Assembly (NCBI RefSeq): GCF_009914755.1
Contig: NC_060928.1
DNA: 64,000 nt
DNA from: the human T2T-CHM13v2.0 reference genome, Homo sapiens
Reading direction: 5' to 3' (one strand)
The first letter of the stretch is position 1; each line of letters starts with the position of its first letter. Both the position numbers and the translations under genes were made by a program. Shown here one piece after another: positions 55,002 through 64,000 of this stretch. The notes under the pieces are model-generated. The model had not been told where the DNA came from. It did not search any database and worked only from the letters and a program-made list of their open reading frames with translations.

Positions 55002-55628
55002 ATATAAGGTGTAAGGAAGGGGTCCAGTTTCAATTTTCTGCATATAGCTAGCCAATTTTCCAAGCTCCATTGATTAAATAGGGAATCCTCTCCCCATTGC
55101 TTTTTTTGGTCAAGTTTGTAGAAGATCGGATGGTTGTAGACATGTGCCTTATTTCTGAGGTCTATATTCTGTTCCATTGGTCTATGTGTCTGTTTTGGTA
55201 CCAGTACCATGCTGTTTTGGTTTCTGTAGTCTTGTAATATAGTTTGAAGTTGGGTAACATGATGCCTCCAACTTTGTTCTTTTTGCTGGGATTGTCTTGG
55301 CTATATGGGCTCTTTTTTGGTTCCATATGTGTTTTAAGGTAATTTTTTCTAATTTTGTGAAGAATGTCAATGGTAGTTTGATGGGAATAACATTGAATCT
55401 ATAAATTACTTTGGGCAGTATGGCCATTTTTACGATATTGATTCTCCCTATCCACAAGCATGGAATATTTTTCCATTTGTTTGTGTCCTCTCTAATTTCC
55501 TTGAGCAATGGTTTGTAGTTCTTGAAGAGGTCCTTCACATCCCTTGTTAGCTGCATCCCTAGGTATTTTATTCCCTTTGCAGCAATTGTGAATGGAAGTT
55601 TGATTTGGCTCTCTGCTTGTCTATTGTT
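55002..55628 (-). mobile_element. Inverted 5' segment of a twin-primed L1PA
   Basis: Minus ORF 55182-55556 matches L1 ORF2p ([23 protein letters not shown]). Confidence 0.95.
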
Positions 55629-55639
55629 TTACAGGATGC

Positions 55640-56803
55640 CAAAATTAACTCAAGATGTGTTAAAGACTTAAATGTAAAACTCCAAACTATGAAAACCCTA
55701 GAAGAAAATCTAGGCAATACTATTCAGGACACAAGCATGGGAAAAGAATTCATGATAAAAACATCAGAAGCAATTGCAACAAAAGCAACAATTGACAAAT
55801 GAGATCTAATTAAAGAACTTCTCTACAGCAAAAGAAATTATCATCAGAGTGAACAGATAACCTGCAGAATGGAGAAAATTTTTGCAATCTATCCATCTGA
55901 CAAAGGTCTAATATCCAGAATCTCCAAGGAACTTAAACAAATTTACAGAAAAAAACAAACAACCCTACCAAAAATTGGGCAAAGGACATGAACAGACACT
56001 TCTCAAAAGAAGACATTTGTGCAGCCAACAAACATATGAAGAAAGCTTAACACAACTGACCATTAGAGAAATTAAAATCAAAATCATGATGAGATACCAT
56101 CTCACAACAGTCAGAATGGTGATTATTAAAAATTCAAGAAACAACAGATGCTGGTGAGGCTGTGGAGAAATAGGAGTGCTTTTACACTGTTGGTGGGAAT
56201 GTAAGTTAGTTCAACCATTGTGGAAGACAGTGTGGTAATTCCTCAAAGACCTAGAACCAGACATACCATTTGATCCAGTGATCCCATTACTGGGCATATA
56301 CTCAAAGAAATATAAATTATTCTATTATAAAGACACACGCATACGTATGTTCATTGCAGCACTACTCACAATAGTAAAGATGTGGAATCAATCCAAATGC
56401 CCATCAGTGATAGACTGGATAAAGAAAATGTGGTACATATACACAATGAAATACTATGCAGCCATAAAAAGGTACAAGATTATGTCTTTGCAGGGACTTG
56501 GATGAAGCTGGAAGCCATTATCCTCAGCAAACTAACACGGGAACAGAAAACCCAACACTGCATGTTCTCATTTATAAGCGGGTGCTGAACTATGAGAATA
56601 CGTGGACACAGGGAGGGGAACAACACATATTGGGGCCTGTTTGGTGGGTGGAGGGAGGGAGCACATCAGAATAAATAGCTAATGCATGTGGGGCTTAATA
56701 CCTAAGTGATGGATTGATAGGTGCAGCAAACCACCATGGCACACGTTTAACTATGTAACAAAACTGCACATCCTGCACATGTATCCTGGAACTTAAAACA
56801 AAA
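55640..56803 (+). mobile_element. Non-inverted 3' segment of the same L1PA (ORF2 end plus 3' UTR)
   Basis: [31 protein letters not shown]; 3' end gcacatgtatcctggaacttaaa. Confidence 0.95.
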
Positions 56804-56805
56804 TA

Positions 56806-56820
56806 ATATATATATACATG

Positions 56821-56897
<77 letters not shown>
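56806..56897. repeat. (TA)n/(TG)n microsatellite derived from the L1 tail
   Basis: Direct observation. Confidence 0.95.
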
Positions 56898-56901
<4 letters not shown>

Positions 56902-57332
56902 CTGACACTGGGCAATTTATAAGAAAAAAGGTTTAATTGGCTTACAGTTCTGCAGGCTGTACAGGAAGCTTAGTGGCTTCTGCTTTTCTAGACGCCTCAG
57001 GAAACTTACAATCATGGTGGCAGGCAAAGGGGGAGCAGGTACATCACATGGCAAAAGCAGGAGCAAGAGAGGGGTGAGAGGTGCCACACGTATTTAAATG
57101 GCTAGATCTCACATGAATGCACTCGCTCTCATGAGGACAGCATTAGCACCACGGGATTGGTGCTAAGCCATTCATGAGAAATCCAACCCCCTGATCCAGA
57201 CAAGCACTTCCCACCAGGTACTGCTTTAAACACTGGGAATTACATTTCAACATGAAGTTTGGGCTAGGACACACATCCAAACTAAATCAATATCCATGTG
57301 TATATATTTGTATAGATCTTGTTTTATGTGTG

Positions 57333-57488
57333 AATAATTATATATATAGTCTATAAGTAGAAAATTTAAATGTATTCGTTTTATGTGTATATATAAATCA
57401 TTTAAAAAATAATAATTATATATATAGTCTCTAAGTAGAAAATTTAAATGTATTCGTTTTATGTGTATATATAAATCATTTAAAAAAT
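57333..57488. repeat. 78-bp tandem duplication
   Basis: 57333-57410 and 57411-57488 are identical except gtctAtaag/gtctCtaag. Confidence 0.95.
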
Positions 57489-57499
57489 CTATATGAATA

Positions 57500-58850
57500 T
57501 GTTATATGGTCTTTATATGTATAAAAATAGTACTCTTTACATATACAGATATATATTCATTTTATTTACTATATTGTGAACAATTATACAAGTCATCAAG
57601 TATTTTCCTCAAGTCTCCAGTTTATTGGTTGCATGATATTCCTTCTTTCGTTTGTTTGCTTGATGTGCACCAACACTAATTTACCATTTTCCTGGCATTA
57701 GGACATTCCACTTGTTTTTGGTTGTCTGTATTACAAATAGTACAATGTTGCTTATATTGTAAATAAATCTTCACAAACATTTACATGATTTTATTGATAT
57801 GTATTTAAGACTTTAGATGAAGTTTACCATATTATCCTCAATTTTTTATCCCATCTTTACAGTATAGGAACATTACTATACCTGAGTCTATTGTTATCAG
57901 AGGGATGTGTATATGTATTTTGTTTTAGAAATGTAATCATTAGAATCTATTATTTATGTAATTAAGGGATATTTCTTAATTAGAATATTAGCCCTATGTG
58001 TATTTCATTGCTGCAACTCTTGGTCAAATGCGTTGGGTTTAAAAAAGGTTTACAGTATTTTGTTTCATATAAAATTAAAACAGTTGTATTATTTTAATAT
58101 TTTAATATAATAATATCTACCTATCTTTATTTTAGAGTCTCTGATTTTTGAAATGTTATTAGAAGGTCTTATTTTATGTGAAGATCCTATGAGTAGTCAC
58201 TTATATTTTTCCTTTAGAACTTTTATGAGTTCGTTTTAAAAATTAAGCATTAATTTTTATATTTAATAATCAAACATTTATTAATTTATTTTTTGTACTT
58301 GTGACTTAAGGTGTGAATTATATATTTTTTCCAGGAGACTTACTAATTATACTACTTGACTTATGAATTGTTGCTGTATTAATTTTATAAATCATATATA
58401 TGTATGATATGTAAATAGATATAGATACATCTCTCTATATATTTAGGGACTGACTCTTGCACTCTGACAGGCTGGAGTGCAGTGGTGCAATTATAGCTCA
58501 CTGCAACTTCAAAATCTCAAAATCTTGTGCTCAATCAACCCTCCTGCCTCAGCTTCCCAAAGTGCTGGGATTACATGTGTGAGCCGCTGTGTCTAACAAA
58601 TACATTTTATTTTTATTTTTATGTCTTCTGGATCTTTCTAAAAATTTTGTATTGAAAGAATTACAGTATTTTCATGAGGGTAGCTTTATAGGGACATTTA
58701 CTATATAATAGAGCATGTCCAAATATTTACTATTTTTTAAAAATAACATTGATTATACTCATCACTCCCAAGACACTTACTTGCAAGTGATAGGAATTCA
58801 TCTTTCATTCACTTATATTAAAGAAATTAAGTTTTAATAATTTCTTTAAT
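57500..58850 (-). mobile_element. L1ME-type remnant containing a FLAM/Alu monomer (about 58445-58597)
   Basis: Antisense L1M 3' UTR motifs; ggctggagtgcagtggtgcaattatagctcactgca joined to ctcagcttcccaaagtgctggg. Confidence 0.6.
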
Positions 58851-58861
58851 TATTAATAGAG

Positions 58862-60004
<1,143 letters not shown>

Positions 60005-60075
60005 CTTTAATAAATTTGCCTCTATCTATACATCAATCCTATTAGTTGTGTCCCTCTAGAGAACCCTAACACAAC
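60005..60075 (+). mobile_element. MLT2A-type LTR, terminal ~70 bp only
   Basis: ttaataaa..atcctattagttgtgtccctctagagaaccctaacacaaca. Confidence 0.85.
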
Positions 60076-61887
60076 ATTCTTACCATGCCTGATTTTTTGA
60101 GAGTTTTAATCATGAGTGGTGTTGAATTTTGTCAAATGGTTTTTCTGCATCTATTGGGACCATGTTTTGTTTTGTTTTTCTTTTTTTTTTTTTTCCCTTC
60201 TTTCTGTTAATATAGCGAAGCATATGTACTGATTTGCATGTGTTGAATCAACCTTGCATTCCTGGGATATATCCCAAAACATCATGATGATTAAACTTTT
60301 TAATATACTGTTGAATATGATTTTCTAGTATTATGTTGATATTTGCATCTATATTCATCAGTGATATTGGTCAGTAGTTTTCTTATAGTGTTCTTGTCTG
60401 ATTTTGGTGTCAAGGTGATACTGGCCTCATAAGTTTGGAAGTATTTCCACTTCTTCAATTTTTGAAGGAACTTGAAATGGATTGATATTAGTTCTTTTAT
60501 AAGTTTTTTGTAGAATTCATCTGTGAAACCCTAAGCTTTTCTTTGATGTAAGATTTTAAATTACTAATTCAACTTGCTTACTCATTATTGGTCTGTTCAG
60601 ATTTCCAATTTATTCTTTGTTCACTCTAGGTAAGTTATATGTTTTTAGAAATTTATCTATTTCTTTTAAGTTGTCCATTTTTTCCACAGTGTCTGTTATA
60701 ATCGTTAGTATTTGTGTATTATCAGTTGTAACATCTCATTTTTCATATTTTATTTTATTTGAATTTTTTTTTCTCTTTTTTTCTTAGTCTCGCTAAGGGT
60801 TTGACAATTGTGCTTAGCTTTTCAAAAAAACAATTCTAATTTCTGTTGATCTTTTCTATTGTTTTTCTAGTCTTTATTTCCACATTTTCTGCTCTGTTAT
60901 TTGTTATTTTCCTCATTCTATTAATTTTGGGCTCATTTTTAAAGTTCCTTGAGGTGTAGTCTAAAGTTGTCCACTTATTTGAGGTTGTTCTTCTTTTTTG
61001 GTGTATTTATTGCTATGAACTATCCACTTAGAACTGTTTTTGATGAATTCTGTTTTGGCAGTTTGTATTTTCATTTGTCTTCAGACATTTTCTCCTTTAA
61101 TTTCTTCTTTGACCCAATAGTTGTTAAATATTAAGCATATCACTTAATTTTTACTTATTTGTTAGTTTCCCATAATTTATTCACTTATTAGTTTCTAGTT
61201 TCATATAGTCTTAGAAAAGATACGTGAAATATATGATTTCAATCTTCTTAAAATTGTTAAGACTTGTTTTGTGGTCTAAATATTCTTGAGAATGTTTTAT
61301 ATGTACTTGAGGAAAGTGTGTTTATATGTACTTGAGGAAAATCTGTTTTCTGTTGTTAGTACAATGTTTGGTACGCCTGTGTAGGTCCATTTGATCTAAA
61401 GTGTGTTTCAAGTTCAATATTTCCTTATTGGTTTTCTGTCTGGATGACCTGTTCTGTATTGAAAATGAGGTATTGAAATCCCCAATTATAATTGTGTTCC
61501 AGTCAGTCTATGTCTCCCTTCAGATCTTTTAATGTTTGCTTTATATATTTATAAATATATAAAGATGCTATGATGTTGGGGTGTGTGTGTGTGTATATAT
61601 ATGTGTGTGTGTATATATGTGTGTGTATATATACACACATATATATATTTACAATTATTATGTCCTCTTGATGGATTGACTTCTTTGTCACCATATAATG
61701 ACCTTTATTTTGCATTTTTGCCCTAAAGTTTATTTTATTTGAAAGAAGCAGAGCTACATTTGCTCTCTTTTTGTATCCATTTGCATAAAATATATTTTTT
61801 CCAACCCTTCACTTTCAGTCTATCACTATCCTCTAAGGTTAAGTGAGTCTTTTGTAGGCAGAATATACTTGGGTCTGTGTGTGTTTG

Positions 61888-62289
61888 TGTCATGGGAGTC
61901 TGTGTGAAGAGACCAGCAACAGGCTTTGTGTGAGCAAGAAGGCTGTTTATTTCACTTGGGTGAAAGTGGGCTGAGTCTGAAAAGAGAGTGAGCAAAGTGA
62001 GATGGGGTGGGGCAGTTTTATAGGATTTGAGTAGGTAGTGGAAAAGTACAGTTAAAGGTGGTTATCTCTTGCAGGCAGGGGTCACAAGGTGCAGGGTGGG
62101 AAGATCATGAGACTCATTGTCCAGGTGGGGAATGTCACAAGGTCGATTGATTAGTTAGAGTGGGGCAGGAACAAATCAGAATGGTGGAATGTCATCTTTT
62201 GTGGTTCTTCAGTTGCTCCAGGCCATCTGGATGTATACATGCAGGTCACAGGGGTTATGATGGCTTAGCTTGGGCTCAGAGGCCTGACA
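61888..62289 (-). mobile_element. HERV-H LTR7-family LTR (left, antisense)
   Basis: Reverse complement reads tgtcaggcctctgagcccaagctaagcc..ggtctcttcacacagactcccatgaca; TATA at 62016-62023, AATAAA at 61946-61951. Confidence 0.96.
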
Positions 62290-62509
62290 TTTCTGTCTTC
62301 TTATATTAATAAGAAAAACAAAACAAAATAGTGGTGAAGTGTTGGGGCGCCGAAAATTTTTGGGAGTGGTATAGAGAGATAATGGGTGATGTTTCTCAGG
62401 GCTGCTTTGAGCAGGATTAGGGGCGGCGTGGGAACATAGAGTGGGAGAGATTAAACTGAAGGAAAATTTTGTGGTAAGGGGTGATATTGTGGGGTTGTTA
62501 GAAGGAGCA
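62290..62509 (-). mobile_element. HERV-H 3' internal segment including the polypurine tract (antisense)
   Basis: Reverse complement ends ttattaatataagaagacagaaa directly before the LTR; mirrors 63043-63258. Confidence 0.93.
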
Positions 62510-63258
62510 GTTTTGCCTGACAAAGGTCTCTTCTTCCTCCGTGGCTCCTCCACCTACATGTGTCTGCGTATGAATTGGACAGGCACATGAACACTAGTTT
62601 TCCTTACTCCCAAAAATCTGTTTGCAAATAGGACCAAACAGCTTTCTGTTCCCCTCATGACACCAATACTTCATCACTATTTTGTCTTATTTTTCTTATT
62701 AATATAAGATGACAGGAATAGGCCTCAACTTACTCGCTGCTGAAAAAGGAGGACTGTATATATTTTTAAATGAAGAGTGTTGTTTTTACCTAAGTCAATC
62801 TTGCCTGGTATATGACAACATAAAAAACTCAACGATAGAGCCCAAAAACTTGCCAACCAGGCAAATAATTATGCTAAACCTCCCTGGGCACTTTCTAATT
62901 GGATTTCCCGGCTCCTCCCAATTCTTAGTCCTCTACTACCTGTTTTTCTCCTTCTCTTATTTGGACCTTGTGCCTTCCATTTAGTTTCTCAATTCATACA
63001 AAACCGCATCCAGGCCATCACCAATCATTCTATATGACAAATACTCCTTCTAACAGCCCCACCATATCACCCCTTACCACAAAACCTTCCTTCTGTTTAA
63101 TCTCTCCCACTGTAGGTTCCCACGCCGCCCCTAATCCCGCTCGAAGCAGCCCTGAGAAACATTGCCCATTATCTCTCTATACCACCTCCAAAAATTTTCA
63201 ACGCCCCAACACTCCACCACTATTTTTTGTTTTTCTTATTAATATAAAAAGACAGGAA
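62510..63258 (+). mobile_element. HERV-H env remnant, 3' internal region and PPT (sense)
   Basis: GLFFLRGSSTYMCLRMNWTGT*TLVFLTPK (SU) and GLNLLAAEKGGLYIFLNEECCFY (TM immunosuppressive domain, degenerate CX6CC). Confidence 0.93.
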
Positions 63259-63667
63259 TGTCAGGTCTCTGAGCCCAAGCTAAGCCATCATAACCCCTGT
63301 GACCTGCATGTATACATCCAGATGGCCTGGAGCAACTGAAGAACCACAAAAGATGGCATTCCACCATTGTGATTTGTTCCTGCCCCACTCTAACTAATCA
63401 TTTGACCTTGTGACATTCCCCACCTGGACAATGAGTCTCATGATCTTCCCACCCTGCACCTTGTGACCCCTGCCCCTGCCCAAAAGAGATAACCACCTTT
63501 AACTGTACTTTTCCACTACCTACCCAAATCCTATAAAACTGCCCCACCCCTATCTCCCTTTGCTGACTCCTTTTTGGGACTCAGTACGCCTGCACCCAGG
63601 TGATTAAAAAGCTTTATTGCGCACACAAAGCCTGTTTGGTGGTCTCTTCATAAGGATGCATGTGACA
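63259..63667 (+). mobile_element. HERV-H LTR7-family LTR (right, sense)
   Basis: tgtcaggtctctgagcccaagc..catgtgaca; TATA at 63531-63538, ATTAAA at 63603-63608. Confidence 0.96.
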
Positions 63668-64000
63668 GTTTGTATGAGTTTGTATATATGTTCATTTTGG
63701 CCATTCTATGTTTTTTGACAGAAGAATTTATTCCATTTACATTTAAAGTAATTACTGATAGGTAAGGAACTTACTGATGCTATTTTTAATTGTTTTCTGA
63801 CAGTTTTATAAATTTTTGGTTCCTTTCCTCCTCTCTTGTTTTCTTTCTTTGTGATTTGACGGCTCCTAGTGGTATGCTTTAAATATTTTCTTTTTATCTT
63901 TTGTGTATCTATTATAGGCTTTCATTGTGTGGTTGCCTTAAGACTTATATAAAATATTTTATATTACAGTAGACTATTTTAAGTTGATAATTTTAATTGC

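Larger units (their letters stand above)
54633..57289 (-). mobile_element. MSTA-type LTR split into 54633-54673 and 56899-57289 by an L1 and an Alu
   Basis: tgtattagtccattt..gctataaagaaatac resumes as cctgacactgggcaatttataagaaaaaaggtttaattggc..catccaaactaaatca. Confidence 0.92.
60090..64000 (-). mobile_element. L1M/L1MA ORF2 5' region interrupted by HERV-H
   Basis: Minus ORFs give endonuclease peptides (DPSIFCLQKTHLT..RLKVKGWKK; GHYMVTKKSIHQEDIIIVNIY); the L1 resumes at about 63680. Confidence 0.85.

Noticed and set aside
61296-61340. 20-bp direct repeat tttatatgtacttgaggaaa (similar small repeats near 42555, 46580 and 51210)
   Set aside because: Ordinary short slippage duplications with no further structure.
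62709-63339. HERV-H env ORFs as a co-opted syncytin-like gene
   Set aside because: No signal peptide or fusion peptide, a stop in SU, a degenerate CX6CC motif and a frameshift after the immunosuppressive domain.

Overview
AT-rich, gene-poor primate (human-like) genomic DNA. I recognise no intact protein-coding gene, RNA gene or CpG island; the ORF track reflects decayed L1/Alu/ERV frames and low-complexity repeats. The window is a mosaic of L1 (L1PA to L1M age), Alu, L2/MIR, MaLR/ERVL/ERV1/ERVK LTR elements and DNA transposon fossils. The main finding is a 1.78-kb HERV-H element at 61888-63667. It consists of two proviral 3' ends fused back to back, so its LTR7-type LTRs are inverted and both termini are U5 ends, yet it is flanked by one 5-bp target-site duplication (GTTTG) inside an otherwise continuous L1. 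Other notable structures are a 2.5-kb multi-domain TA-rich VNTR (17319-19886), repeated use of one L1-endonuclease site (MST LTR hit by a twin-primed L1 and then an Alu, 54633-57289), and a near-perfect 78-bp tandem duplication. Repeat subfamily names come from recalled consensus sequences and identities were estimated by eye; boundaries of old elements are approximate.
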